Shown: one piece after another, positions 28,808-43,430 of the stretch
Layout of the letters: each line of letters starts with the position of its first letter
Numbering within the stretch: position 1 is the first letter of the stretch
From: Octopus vulgaris
Taxonomy: Eukaryota
NCBI GenBank assembly: GCA_951406725.2
Contig: OX597814.1
Coordinates: forward strand, 162,564,001-162,628,000
Direction of reading: 5' to 3'
DNA length: 64,000 bases
Program-made: the position numbers and the translations under genes
Notes under the pieces: generated by a model
What the model was told of the DNA's origin: nothing
Databases searched by the model: none
The model's input: the letters and a program-made list of their open reading frames with translations, nothing else

Positions 28808-29150
28808 GGGCGGCGAGCTGGCAGAGTCGTTAGTACGCCGGGCGAAATGCCTATCGGTATTTAGTCTGTCGATAAATTAAGTACCAGTTACGCACTGGGG
28901 TCGATGTAATCGACTTAATACCTATGTCTGTCCTTGTTTGTCCCCTCTGTGTTTAGCCCCTTGTGGGTAATAAAGAAATAGGTATTTAGTCTGTCGCGAA
29001 GTTCTGAGTTCAAATTCCGTCAAGGTTGACTTTGCCTTTCATCCTCTCAGAGTCGATAAAATAAGCACCAGTCAGGCACTAGGATCGATGTAATCGACTT
29101 ACCCAACTCACCCAAAATTTCAGGCCTTGTGCCTATAATAGAAAGGATTA
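28808..29150 (+). mobile_element. Composite SINE family B
   Basis: Family B head, long tail, then restart at ggtatttagtctgtcg. Confidence 0.8.
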
Positions 29151-29255
29151 TTATTATTGATAACGTGGACATGTGTGTTCTACTTGAGCTTAGCGTCGAT
29201 CAATGCCTTGTTAATGAAATTAGGTAGATGGAAATGTATGTATATATATATATAT

Positions 29256-29287
<32 letters not shown>

Positions 29288-29606
29288 ATTTGGCTCAAAA
29301 GCAAATAGCAAGGCCATGTAGGGGGACATGGAGTTAAGTACAGGGTGGTGTTCATGTAAAGAGTTCAGGCCACTTGAGGTCAAGGGAGGCTTTGAACAAA
29401 GCGGTCGTCGGCATCTTCACCATCTCGTCTGGTAGCTTGTTCCACGGATCCGCAACCCGGACGGAGAAAGCTCCTCTCCTTCGATTGAGATGAAATCGTC
29501 GCAGGTAGAGCTTTTCGGAATGACCCCGCAGCCGACGCTCTGGAGCAGGAGTGAAGAACAGCTCTTTCGAGAGGTTACACTTTCCGCTTATGATGTTGTG
29601 GGCGAG
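29256..29606 (-). mobile_element. CR1-type LINE 3' end with (TAAC)n tail, inserted in (TA)n
   Basis: LRGHSEKLYLRRFHLNRRRGAFSVRVADPWNKLP..LFKASLD, then stop, short UTR and (taac)n. Confidence 0.85.
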
Positions 29607-30158
29607 ATATATATATATATAAATAAAAATATATTATTAATAATAAAATTAATATACACATATAAGTAAGCATGATCCAGGGATCTAAATGTAGGGAATA
29701 AGTTTCGAGCATTTATGCGGCTTGTACACATGACAAAAGTTGGACAATATACGATAAAACAAGTTTATTAATATCTAAGTTATAACACATTTCGTCCCAT
29801 ATTGAAATTAAAAGGCATTTCGATAAGCTAACTAACAGTCACCATACAACTCATAGTTGAGCAACTAATGTTGCTAAAACTGTTCCGTTCCTTACTGTTT
29901 ATATATATAATAACGAAGGTAACTGGAAACAATATAAAACCCAAAACGAAAAATTGAATTATCACTGATGGTGCAGGGTAGTATACACATTGCTAGAAAC
30001 AAGAGTCAAAGACCTTTATAGCCACAAAAAGTACATTGTCTATGGACTGACAGGGGACATAACCGCCCCACAGCGAGTGAGGTCACTATACTAGCAAGCT
30101 AGTTTCAGTTGGAGTTAAAGCTCATCAGTAGTGATTATTCCATCGCTTGTGGTTAAGC

Positions 30159-30210
<52 letters not shown>

Positions 30211-30213
<3 letters not shown>

Positions 30214-30630
30214 GGTCCTATCAATAAGTATCTGGACTGTTGCCATAGTAACGAAGCTAAAGCACGCAGAGTGAAGCCGCTTAGTACAGATTGACTTTGA
30301 ACTCTGCTGTGCATGCGCACTAAGTTTTAATGTTCTCGCTTACTTCTCTCTCCTGTTTACAGCAGTGCTTGGAAAGAAGGTGTGTAGCGTGTGATTGTTG
30401 CATTGACCATGACAGAGAAAGGTGACCAGAGATTCTGCATCGAATTTTGCCAAAAGCTTGACGATACCTGCTCACAGGCCTACCCAAAGTTTTCAAAAAG
30501 TTTTCATTGTTCTCGACACAATCAAGATCTTGCGCAACTGAAACCCGAGTTGTCTTTTTGGTCAGCTGAAAGCAGTTTTGGCACAAACTTGGCAGACACG
30601 CGTCTCATACCCAAATCTTCAGTGATAATT
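30211..30630. mobile_element. Mariner remnant with internal inversion
   Basis: TIR-like start after (TA)n. Plus strand MTEKGDQRFCIEFCQKL; minus strand IITEDLGMRRVSAKFVPKLLSADQK. Confidence 0.7.
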
Positions 30631-31418
30631 TGGTTTCCGCCCACCAAATTCATTCACAAGGCATTAGTCGGCTTGGGGCTGTAGCAGAAGGCAAATTTAT
30701 TCAAGGTACCGTGCAGCAGGATTGAACATGAAACTTCGTGGCTGAAAGGTGAACTTCTGAAACACAGTATTGCCACCGACATAAAATTTGAATTCCATAC
30801 TGCTTCTGCTGCTCACAAACTCCAAATACCACCCAACAATCTTTCTACTGCTGCGACCAACTTAGTGACCATTTTCTACCTTCTGGACAAGTACAACACA
30901 CACACACACACACACTAATACCTCCCTCTCTCTCTTGCATCTCTATATAATTAAAATAATTTAATGATTGTGTGTGGTGCGTGGTCAACTCACACGGATC
31001 GGCACGTAGAAAGTGAAGTTTTTTTCTTCTTTACGTCTGACTACTGCATAATGTAGATAAATATAGACTCAGCAGGGACAGGGGGTTGGCACCCAGCAGC
31101 AACCACAAAACCTCAGGTAAACAACACAAATCGGTGAGGAGGGAGAGGAGGAAAGAAATTATGTCAGTAGGAGAGAAGAGAAGGAGGTGTTAAAGTAATC
31201 GAAGTTTCAGAAGTAGGTATGAGTAAGTAAAATACAAATGAGGTGGTAGTAGAAAGAGAGAGAGGGAGAGAGAGGGGGAGAAGGAGAGAGGGGAGAGAGG
31301 GGTTGATCAAGAGTAGCATTTACCAAAGGAGAAAGAGACCGGGGAGGAGAAAGAGTAAGAGGCAAAGTTATGAAGGTGACCGGGAGGTATTTTTCAAAAG
31401 AATTTTAATCAGGTGTGC

Positions 31419-31449
<31 letters not shown>

Positions 31450-31698
31450 ACTGTTTATCTTTAGCAGACATGGCTGTTCGAGTATCCTAAGTCTAATTTT
31501 TGTCAACGTGTTTATCTGTGTTGTAAGTTTTGACAGCGAGTTCATCAGCGGGTGTGTATACGAGTCCTCGTTGATGTGTATGTGTGTGTTTATGTCAATG
31601 TTTGTATGATTAATTTTAACGCGTGTATGTATGTGTTTGTGTGTGCGCATATATATATATATATATATATGTATGTATATCTACAGCATACTTACATA

Positions 31699-31732
<34 letters not shown>

Positions 31733-32802
31733 TGTATATCTACAGCATACTTACATATATATATATATATATATATAAGTGTATCTACAGCATGCCAGCT
31801 ATTTTTATTTACCTGTCTATCTATTCTAAGATGAGAGAGGGAAGGTGTCTGTGTTTATGTACATTGGTAAATGAAGGAAAGCGGCGGAAAGAATAGAGTC
31901 ATAGAAATAGAAAGGAAAAATAATTACATCTTGGCTTGATAGTGGTCCCTGACATCAATAGATAACTCAAAAGCATTTACCTAAATAGTACACAAACAGA
32001 CACGCTAACACGCACATCATACAAACATAGACACTTATTCATTCAACACAAACCTAGATACATAGCTACACACGCATGCGTTACATCAAGCAATATATAG
32101 CATTCTACAGACATATGCATATAGGTAAATAGACAGATATAGACACGCACTCCACACAGACAAATGCATACACTCCATAAAAGATACATATATGCCCGCA
32201 TATTAATAGATGAAAACAATGCATACATAAACTGAGAATGAAAAGAAAAAAAAACTTTGTTGTACATTCATAATCAATTTCGGTATAAATGTGCTGCCTT
32301 TAAGATAGCGTGCTAGCGCTAGTCGTATATTACAGTTATGAAAATGGATTTCCGTCCCTTTCAACAAAGTGTTTTTTGGTTGAATGGTAAACTGAGCTCC
32401 TTACTCACTGAATCAAAGCGGAGGCTAGGTATTCCAGAAACACGTGTATCCTTAATGCAATTTTCAGGCTGAATCAGCGTGGTACATAGTATGACAAGGT
32501 TTGACCTAAATTACAAGCACACACTATCTAGAAGGGATTCTGCGTAATCTCTGCCAACCCATTTTCATTCACAAAGTTTAGGTTGAACCTAACCATAATA
32601 AAAACACATGCCTGGGTCGCTACGCGCAGTAGGATCGAACCAGAGACTTTATAGTTGCGAAGTGGACCTATTTGATATCTTAAACGGCAGCTTCGGCTGC
32701 AGTGGCAACAATGACGACGACTTGCCCTTATGTACTCAGCTAACCTACAGTGTCATATCCACATTCTCGCTGAAGTGGAAATCCATCACAAATTAAATGT
32801 CT

Positions 32803-33100
32803 ACTCTTTTACTTGTTTCAGTCATTTGACTGCGGTGCATGCTGGAGCACCGCATTTAGTCGTGCAAATCGACTCCAGGACTTATTCTTTGGAAGCGTAG
32901 TAATTATTCTATCGGTCTCTTTTGCCGAACCTCTAAGTTACGAGGACATAAACACATCAGCATCGGTTGTCAAGCGATGTTGGGGAGACAAACACACACA
33001 AACATATACACACACATACATATATATATACACATATATGCAACGGGCTTCTTTTCTGTTTCCGTCTACCAAATCCACTCACAAAGATTTGGACGGACTG
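32803..33100 (-). mobile_element. SINE family A, head truncated
   Basis: Reverse complement of family A core and tail. Confidence 0.75.
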
Positions 33101-33307
33101 GATTAACTGTTATTAGAAAGACGATCCCAGGTTAGATTCGAAGTATGGACCTGAATTTTTAAACTGTGACTGATAATATTCTTATCCACAGACACATTAT
33201 TTCCAGTCCACTCTTGGACCAAGTGCACAACCAAGAATAAATCACTTGAAGGCGACCGTTGATTAAATTGATCGAAACATATTGTAGATAAAAATATTGC
33301 AAACATA

Positions 33308-33625
33308 GGCGCAGGTGTGGCTGTGTGGTAAGAAGCTTATTTCTCAACCACATGGTTTCGGGTTCATTCCCACTGAGTGGCACCTTGGGCAAGTGTCTTC
33401 TTCTATAGCTTCGGGCCGATTAAAGCCCTGTAAGTGGATTTGGTAGACGGGAAGTAAAAGAGGCCCGTCGGGTGTGTGTGTATATATATATATATATATT
33501 TATGCGTGCGTGTCTTTGTTTCTGTGTTTGTTCACCCAACATCGTTTGACAACCGATGTTGATGTGTTTACGTCCAGTAACTTAGTGGTTCGGCAAAAGA
33601 GACGATAGCATAAGTACTAGGCTTA
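33308..33625 (+). mobile_element. SINE family A, tail truncated
   Basis: ggcgcaggtgtggctgtgtggtaagaag head and family A core. Confidence 0.8.
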
Positions 33626-33689
33626 TATTTTCATCTACCTAATTACAAATATGAGGTTTACTGATTGGAAAACTATAATTTTATGATGT

Positions 33690-34200
33690 ACAGCCATCTT
33701 GAGGCTGCCTTTACAACCAACCCGATGACCTTCGGTCTGGCTGTCTCTGTGATGCCAAGCATGTTGTAAGCTAGCCTGCAAACCCGATGCATCCCATTTG
33801 ATGTGATCACATCTTGCTTACCACCCATTGCTTTTTCTCGACATATTTCCTTCTCTTACCCTCTTTTGTCTCCTCAAAGCAATCCTCCAAGTGAATGAAG
33901 AATTCTAGCAGAACCACCTGCTTGGGCAATTCTGAGATCAAAACCATATCCAGTTTAGTTGATGTCGAAATGAACAGTTTCTGGGATATTCAGCTGTTTC
34001 TCCACGTCGACTTTCAGCTCCCAGTCTCTTGCTATTGCAAGTAGATTCAAGGAAATGGACCAAGCAGCTGGCGTCTTCACATCAGCTCTGACATAGGTGA
34101 TAAACTTGAACGGAATTGCTTATAATGGCCAATCTCACTTCGAACGGTGTCTGCTATGACTTTCAATACCTGATCATGCCTCCAGCGGTAGCAGTTGTAC
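33690..34200 (-). pseudogene. Degenerate HERO/NeSL-type (restriction-like endonuclease) non-LTR fragment
   Basis: Minus strand gives YRWRHDQVLKVIADT, then DWELKVDVEKQL..P, then LDMVLIS..KQVVLLE..LED.FEETKEGKRRKY. Confidence 0.7.
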
Positions 34201-34268
34201 GATAAAATAATTTATGTCAATTGAATAGGGAATTTGCCAAAAAAAAAAAGTATACATTCCAAACTTGA

Positions 34269-34313
<45 letters not shown>

Positions 34314-35809
34314 CGCGTGTTAAATATTAACTTATTATTCCATATGATAGTAATATGAGAAGAATGCCTTAATTTCGAATTTTATCAGGGTCGACCTGGC
34401 CTTTCATGTTTCCAGAGTCAATAAAGAGTTACGAATTGGGTTCGAATTTAATCGAATTGTGACCCAGTAACTATGTTAAACGCCTTGTATCTACGCTAGA
34501 AATGGATACAAGGACATATTCTACATAAGAAACATATTGAAGCGGTCAGGCCTTCTTCGGATGTAAGAAAGAATGAATGTGCTGAGAAGACTATTTTCGT
34601 CGAGATGCCTCTTGCGGTTTGTATTCTCAATAATCGGTCTGTTCAGAGTTCTATATAACAGAAAAGAAGCGCTGTTTTATCTTGTTTCACGGCCACATTT
34701 CCGTATAAATAAATAACGGAGTATGAAGATATGTATTAGCTATGCTGGGAAAGCAGTCAGATTTTTACATTCTCTAATTTACTCATAATGAGCTTTGTTA
34801 AGTATTACTTCTGACGTCATATCAACAAACCTCTTTTCATTCAGCGAGGAACCTATGAGAGAGGCTCGACTTACAAGAAATAGCAGTAAAGCTTCTCTCA
34901 AACAATACCTTACTCTCTTTTTTAAAAAGGGAACATGACTAAATACTTAAAGATAAGTGCTTCTGAAAAAATACAGAAGGGATTGTTAGAAGGAAACTGC
35001 TTATTAATCATGGATCTGTTCAGGCAGGGTTGACCTCGAGTTGAACAACAACAACAACAAAACACTATCTACCACATCTGTCATAAAATACACACAATAT
35101 GTGAGATTATAGTTGATTAAATATATTCTGAAAAAAATATCTTGTTTATCTCGGATTCAACAAATTAGATGAATATGGAAGATAACTAATGTAGTGGCTT
35201 TTATGTGTATGTGCCATTATATCAAGGTGGGTGTGTGTATGCATGTGTGTGTGTATATGCATGTGTGTGTGAATGTATGTGTGTGTGTGTAAACATGTGT
35301 GTGTGTATGAATGTAGGGGTGAAACTGAGTGATTGTATGTGAAATCGTGCATGAGATTATGTGAGTGTATATACAATAGTGACAGGGATTGTGTGTATGT
35401 GTGAATGTGAGGGTGTGCATATGTATGTGTATGTGGGTGAGGATATACATGTGTATATGCATGTTTGGTGTTTATATAGGTATGTGCATGTGTGTGAGGT
35501 AGTGTGAAAGAAATTGTATGTGAATATATATAATAGTGAGATAGTGTACAGGTGTGTGAAGAATGCATGCGCGCATGCATGCCTGTGTGTGTGTGTGTGT
35601 GTGTGTGCGTGTGTGTATGTGCATGTGTGCGTGCGCCAAATGTCTTTTTTCAGCACAAGAAACTTAGTTCCAGTATATTTTTACACCTCATTATATATAA
35701 ACCTGCATCTTCAAACTATCTGTGGCATGAATGAAATCTTAAAATAGACAGGTATAACGTCTTTGTATAAGCACTTATAAGATATTGGTTAGAGGTCTTG
35801 TATTGACAT

Positions 35810-36185
35810 TTCTTTTACCTTTTGTTTTTCTTGTTTCAGGCATTGGACTGTGGCCATGCTGGGACACCACCTTTAAGAGTTTTGCCAAATAAATCGACTC
35901 CAGTGCTTATTTTAAGTCTGTTAGCTATTCTATCGAACACATTTGCTGAAACGTTAAGATCCGGAAACAAACGAACGAACACCGGTTGTCAAGAGATGTT
36001 GGGACACACACACACACACACACACATGACAGGCTTCCACTCTCTTTCCATCTATCAAATTTACTGATAAGGCATTGGTTGACTCGGGGCTTTAATAGGT
36101 GACATTTACCCAGCGTGCCCCGCGGTGAGACTGGACCCAAAGCCATGTGGCTGCAAAACGAGGTTCTTAACAGTACAGCCATGCA
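35810..36185 (-). mobile_element. SINE family A
   Basis: Reverse complement of the family A pattern. Confidence 0.7.
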
Positions 36186-37788
36186 TGAGTCTTAAGATTT
36201 GAAAATACAGGTATGAGATCTAAATGTAGGCTGTACAGGAGCTTAATATAGACAGATATAGATAACACCTTCGTATATACAGTTGTCTACAAGAAAGGAT
36301 ATAAAAATTCTTTGTTTGCAGTCGCTGACACTGATAATTCTGAATATTACAGGCTAAAACAAAGATGTAGTTATATCACACAATTCACTTATGATGTGAA
36401 TGACGACAAATATATAAACTAAATCGATTACATTTCTGTCCGTCTTTCTATGCCTCTATATCATTATTACTATCCGATCTAACATTTATTATCGTTGGTA
36501 CTTATACCTCAGCTAGCCTTTGTCAAATGAATGTATATTCAAAAGAATCCTAGCTGTGACCCTCCTATCGTTTTATTTTTAAGACGTAGTATATAGCTAG
36601 GACCAATGTAAACTTTTTCTTTTTTTCCTTTTAAGACGGTAGAGCATGATTTGAGGCAGCAATAACTATTACATAGAAATTCCCATCTCTGGCTTAGCTA
36701 ACCAGCACTTATTTATCTGATTTTTTTAGCCTATATATTAGTAGACTGGTTGTAAATTCGATAGAAATCAATCATCTAACATCTGTTCACATGATTGTAC
36801 GCCTAAAAGATCTGACTGCCTGTCTGATCTATTGAGACCATATAGTCTAAAGATTATTCATCTAATTATCATCCAAATAGTTACATGAACTGATGCTTGC
36901 CTTCTTACACTATCCGAGTTAAAAATTCTATAGCCTGATGTTTATTTGATTCACCTTGTCTCTCTATTAAATCATTTTTTGGTTGTTTAGTCTCGGCTCA
37001 ACACTGAATGAAAGTATTCCAAACGTGAGCATACCCGCTTCTTTTAAATCCAGGGCGACATTGTCCAATACGGCCATCCTTGTCTTAACAATTTGCCAAC
37101 CCTGTGTATCACATGTGATTTCCAGGACATATTCCCCTGGCATCCATTCATCATGTATGATACACATTTTCAGTTTTTTAAATCTCTCACAAGAACTTGA
37201 AACTTATGAAAGGAAAGCCTTATATTACTCAAAACGTATGAAACAAGGTCGGATTAAAAATTCGAAAAAAAGCACAGACGTTTAGGACAAACTTATGAAC
37301 ATGCTTTGAACAGGCAAAAGGTGAAAATTTAAGGGAGTTTAGCCGCTACTTTTTGCAGGTTTACCAATGGTGTAGTTTCCGTTGTTAACGTGTGACTATT
37401 AGATTGTAAGTTTTAACGTGGCAGTATGACTGTCGGGTCAAGTCTCTGATTACATTTTTATGTTCTCTGAGTTTATCCTCATTACTTCCTCCTTTCTCCT
37501 CGCCCCTTTCTCTTCTTCTCATTTTTTTTCTCACTCTTATCACGTTGGCTACTCCACACCTTACTACCATTAAATTTCTGATATATTTCTAGCCGCCTCC
37601 AAGATTATGATTGCTGTTGAATATTTATTATTAAGATTTGATCTATAGCAATTTCATAGATAGCCAAAATTCACCAGCTGTATATACAATCTGTCTCATT
37701 CTTTCGTTCTCTCTCTCTCTCTCTGCATATGAAATGTGTGTACATGTATACATATACTTTTAATAATGTGTATATATATATATACTTT

Positions 37789-38030
37789 TAATAAAGCTGA
37801 AAAAAATCTTCTGTAACAAACCGTTACTCAGAGTCTCACGTTGCAGTTCGTTGGACAGTTGAGATAAAACTGAATTTAGTCTGATCACAACTGTCCGACG
37901 AATGCTAACCTGAAACTCTGAGTAACAGTTTGTGAAGATTTTTTCAACTTTAATATAAGAATATTACTCTACATTCGGTATTTGAGTACTATCTTATTCC
38001 ACCTTGTTTTGCATTTATGTAGTTACTTGT
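37789..38030. repeat. Palindromic Penelope-type terminal repeat with inverted degenerate hammerheads
   Basis: Arms ccgttactcagagt..ggacagtt and aactgtccgacg..actctgagtaacag. The tail sequence recurs at ~43303-43380. Confidence 0.6.
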
Positions 38031-39339
38031 ATACATTTATACATATATATGTATACACAGGAGCGCGCGCACATACATACACATACACATATGCATATCT
38101 TCTACCCTCTGGAGGATACTGAGTAGCGAAGGATCAAATCAATTTAGAACGAGTCTGTGTGTATGTCAACAACTGTGAAATTGTGAAGGTCCCTTCACAT
38201 GAAACTATTGGTTACTTTGTTAACCCACAAATAAAATATATTTATCCATCAATGCAGTGTTGAGAACTCATTTGCACTGTTCGATATTAGCATATATATG
38301 TCCACACACGCACACGCACACACACGTGAGTTCATCATAAAGTCAAATGCAAGGAGATCGAAATTTCATCTCCCCGAAAAATCAGAATATCAGAAGATTG
38401 AAAGATCGAAAACTGAATGTACTGAATGGCAGTGTCTAACGATCAGAACTTTGATTCTGGTACATCTAAGGAAAAATAAGAAAAACGTTCTTAAAATAAA
38501 CTATAATTTCAACAAGAAAGTATATTTGAGAAACTTATACATACTTATATAGTTAAATAAGTTAAATGTACATAATTTTCAAGGCATAAGTAAAAACTTA
38601 AATACCTTATATCGCAGATCTTCTTTCATTAAATTCTTTAATTATTGTATATTTACCCTCTATTCTTTCAATATAAAACCTAAACATACCGTATGAAAAG
38701 AATTCTGAATTTAACTGACAGAAATTAAGCTTGTACACTTATCTTCATTTCTATTCGACCTTCCGCTGCGTAATATCAATATGCAAACCTGGCCTGTACA
38801 TTCGTATCACGCATATCGAGAGGGCAACATATATGCTTGTAACTACATGGGCATATAAAATAATCAGCGAAAGCATAGTTCGCATTACCAAGTCATATTC
38901 ACTTCCAAATGACGGCTATCATTGTGTGTTTAGCACCTTAGTGGTTATTTAACAGTAGAGGAATCCCAAGCGTTACGAAAGTAATGTGTTCCTGAATATA
39001 TTTATAATATTCATATTATAAAGTGAGAATGTGTTCTAGTGGATTATTTCCGAAAAAACCGAAAAGAAGCAAACACAACCACTTTTCTACATGAGAATAA
39101 CGGCTCGTAAATAAACACAGTACACTATGTGTACATAATAACATATGAAGAGAAATACAGTAGGGGATAAATAAGAATCGCAATGTCGTAATGGAGTACA
39201 TTCTTATCATAAAAGATGTTAACAACTGTGTGTGGTGTAGTGGTGGTGGAATTAGAGTTAGGAGGGGAATGAGGGACACCGTTTTCTATCTTATAGCTCA
39301 CCATCATCAACATTTGCTTGAAGGGCAAACAACATCCAA

Positions 39340-40200
39340 AACTGTTTGATATTTATGATGCATTACCTCTTTGTATAGGTGAGTTTTGAGACAGAGCATT
39401 TTGTAGATGTATTACTTTTATGACACGTTCGTGATTAACGATGGTATCAGGAAACTCTCGCAGTGCTTTCTCTATAAATGCCAAACATTGGCAACATTCT
39501 TTGCAGTCAATTAAAGTAGAATTGATAGAATTTCCGTATTTTCGTTTGTATTAATAGCTTGCGTTTGTTCTAACAGCATCTGCTCCTGGTTAGATAAACT
39601 TTCTCTATGGGACTCAAGCAACTCATATCGCCCTCTATGGTTTCTTCAATCCCTACAAGTATCCCAATACCATTTTGAATTTGATGTAGGCTTTCTGCTT
39701 GTAGAAAACTTAAATCACGGATACAGTCTGGCCATATACTTTTCCAAGTACCATTTAAAGTTAAGAGTCTCACTTCATTCCACGACATGCTATGTTGTCC
39801 ACAGCCTCTATTACGTAGGAGTTCCTCTAGAAATCTCTAACTATAGGTTTATACTTCCTATCAATTGCTTTCATTAATTGTTTGAAAGTTCTCACATAAC
39901 GTGCCGTGAAGTTAGTCATCACACCTGGATGCAATGACTGTCGGAAGGAAGTATTCTTGGGGAAATATTCTAATATTACATCATCAAAAAGTTAATTGGG
40001 TGGCTTGGTGCATTGTCTACCTGGAAACATTATATCTGGTTCTGTGCTTTTCAACTGCGGGACAAAAAATGTTTGTAAACCACTTTTCCAAAAGAGTCTT
40101 AATTTTCATGCTTTCTGATTTGAAAATTATATTCAACTTTGCATAACTCTTGCAAGCCCTTGAATTTTCGGAGTGAATCACATGCCGGATCTTTAATCTA
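39340..40200 (-). pseudogene. Decayed Tigger/pogo DDE transposase
   Basis: VDNAPSHP, a degenerate FLP..GVMTNF segment, SWNEV..LNGTWKSIWPDCI. Boundaries approximate. Confidence 0.65.
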
Positions 40201-40231
40201 AATCACCAGTGGCATTCAACCTAGAAAAAGC

Positions 40232-40263
<32 letters not shown>

Positions 40264-40681
40264 ATCATGATTACACTTGAATATATACATAAACATTTGC
40301 ACAAACGCACATCTAGAGGCACATACAGATGCGCATACACACAAATATATGAACCGTGATTATTGTTTTCCAAAGTTTTAATCATACTTTGAGCTTAGGT
40401 AAAAACCGAGAAGCGGCCTTTTGCCTAAGAAGAAAGTGTAGTTTTAACATTTTAAAAAAATTCATTCGTTTTCGTAAGGGCGAAACCACAGGCCGTATTC
40501 CGAAATTAATTGTCATATTTTACAATTCTCGTAAGCGCAAAATCCTGTAACTTGAGGTTGCCTTAACGCGAGGGATGCCTGCACTTATTTAATTGTCTAT
40601 TAACAGAAGACCAAAAACTTCAAGGCAATATAAAAAAGAGTCCTTATTGTTCTGAGAAACAAGGTCTTCGTAACTTGAGAG

Positions 40682-41370
40682 CAGTGGTGGCTCGTAGATA
40701 AAATTAGTGAGGGTACTGCTTCAGAAAATTTTTAGCTCTTGTTTTAATATTGTGTAAAGGGAAACAAACATCTAAAAAGAAAATTTATGCATAAACTTGA
40801 TCGGTTCCCGTTTTAGCCACTGCCGGGTTGTGTGGGTAGTGTGTTTAATTTATTCACAGAACACCGCCGCGAATTTTCCCTTGTTTTTCACCCCCCCCCC
40901 CACATTACAAAATAAGTGGGGTGGGGCGTAATGTGCCCTGTTTTTCAAATCCTGGCAGCAACATTGAAGCTGGGAGCAGGATAATAATCTAATTCTACTC
41001 TTTATCACATTCAAGAATATAAACATGTTTTTGAGCACAACACACGCGGAGTCAAAAAGAAACTCTACCTTTCACTTGGCACTGTCGTTTACGCAGTGTT
41101 CTCTCTCCCTAATGTGAGGTTTTCTATTTCGGACATGTGAACATGCGCACAACAGCCAAACACCGCGTCGCTGGAACTGTTCTATACAAGGATTTTTGTA
41201 TTTTTTTCAAAAGTTAGGGGATGGCTACTGACATTAAGCTTAAGGATTATATAATGTACAAGTATAAAGAAAGAATTAAAGAGAACAGGACATATTTAAT
41301 GTTATCGATAATACCGGGTGGAAATAGGGGGTGCTGCAGTTTCGCAGTTCCTATATACGAGCCGCCACTA
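40682..41370. mobile_element. Non-autonomous hAT element
   Basis: TIRs cagtggtggctcgta and tacgagccgccacta. Perfect 8-bp TSD cttgagag (40674-40681, 41371-41378). Confidence 0.85.
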
Positions 41371-41419
41371 CTTGAGAGTAAGGCTGTTTGCCAATTTAAA
41401 AGCAGTATGAATGTGCGCT

Positions 41420-41523
<104 letters not shown>

Positions 41524-42538
41524 TGTGTGTGCGTGTGTGTGTGTGAACACTAATGATATCCAATAGACAGTTGATAATAGATGCGTAAACTCGATGCTTG
41601 TTGAATGTGAAGCTTTGTGTCTTGTGTTCGTGTGGTTCTGAATGGTTCTGAAATTCTAGTTCTCGTATGGCCGAGGTACTTGGTTTATAATGATTTTGTA
41701 TACTTTATACCATAAACATACACTGATATTGCATGATTACTCTTCTTAGAGATTCTAATTCTGATAAGAGTAATGCTTGTTTAAAGGTTTCTAGTTGACA
41801 GAGGTTTTATTGCAGCCCACCGCAACTACATATAATTCTTCGGAACTGACATGTCGTTATGACATTTTCTCTGAAGACAAGCGGATAGCTGGGGCTACGT
41901 GTCCGTGCTTCAAGAGGTGTCGTCAGTACAGTAGTTGCCCTACTTTTAACCTAGCGAAACAAAAGACTTAGACATATACAATAAGAGTGGACAACATTTT
42001 TGACCTCACTTCATTTGTATAATTAATATTAAGAATGAGCTCAAGGAAATAATGCCAGTGGCAAACTGCATAAATTTAGACAACACACATATATAATGTA
42101 TATAATTATATAATATACATGCTTACACATATACGTATCCCTTTCTCCCTCTCTAATACATACATGAGTGTGAATAAAATCATGCAGGTACAAATATATT
42201 CATAAGTATAAGTGAGCTTCGCCTGTGTCCAGTTTTGTTTGCTTGACACAACACCGCCGGTTTCAGCAAAAAAACCGGTGTTACATCAAGATGGTAACCA
42301 AAGCTAATGGATAAAATACAGATGGTTTAAAATAAGTCATCTACTGCTGCCTTTATGACCGACAAAAAGCCTCTGGAGGTAGTGCCTCAGCACGGACCCA
42401 GTCCTATGACTGAACTCGGTTAAAAAGAATAAAAAGAATGAACGTATATAGTCACAGATGGCTGCATAATGACTCATATTTCTATGCATACACACACGCA
42501 ACAACCCATCCATACCTCATCCCAATGCCACACTATAC

Positions 42539-42571
<33 letters not shown>

Positions 42572-42856
42572 GTACACAGACACGCGCGCAAGCACACATA
42601 TTGCTTACTAGCGCCGGCCTCACCGTCGTCACTAACAACAGCGTCGCCCACCCACTCCCACCCTACTAAACACGAAATGCCTGGGTATTAGGACACCCCA
42701 CCGAGTTTTTGTTAAGGCTCACGCCATTGGATAATCGGATAGAGTAGCGCGGTTGAATGTGTACTCGTTCACACTTGAAGCAACACTGAAAAGCAGACGA
42801 CAATGTGTGGGGACAGATGTGTAGAGGCGTATGTATGTGTGTGAATATATATATAC

Positions 42857-42898
<42 letters not shown>

Positions 42899-42996
42899 TC
42901 AGAAACAGACACAATCACACACACAATATGCTTATTTGTGTGCGCATTGTACATATTACACACGCTTACAAATATACATACATATATATATGTATG

Positions 42997-43088
<92 letters not shown>

Positions 43089-43241
43089 CAGACAGACAGA
43101 GAATGAGACAGATACATACACCCGCGCAAACACACACAAGGCACATATTTACTCTTAGTCACAGGATGGCTATCATATTGTATCTCCCACCCTGGACTAA
43201 GCAGAAGCATAGAAACTTTAACCAATCTGTACGTGTATATG

Positions 43242-43294
<53 letters not shown>

Positions 43295-43379
43295 TTTATT
43301 TAAATAAAGCATATTACTCTACCACTGGTATTTGAGTACTCTTTTTTCCACCTTGTTTCACATTTATGTGTTTACTCCG

Positions 43380-43430
<51 letters not shown>

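Noticed and set aside
42600-42810. GC-richer unique stretch with ATTGG, possible promoter
   Set aside because: No linked exon or other support from sequence alone.
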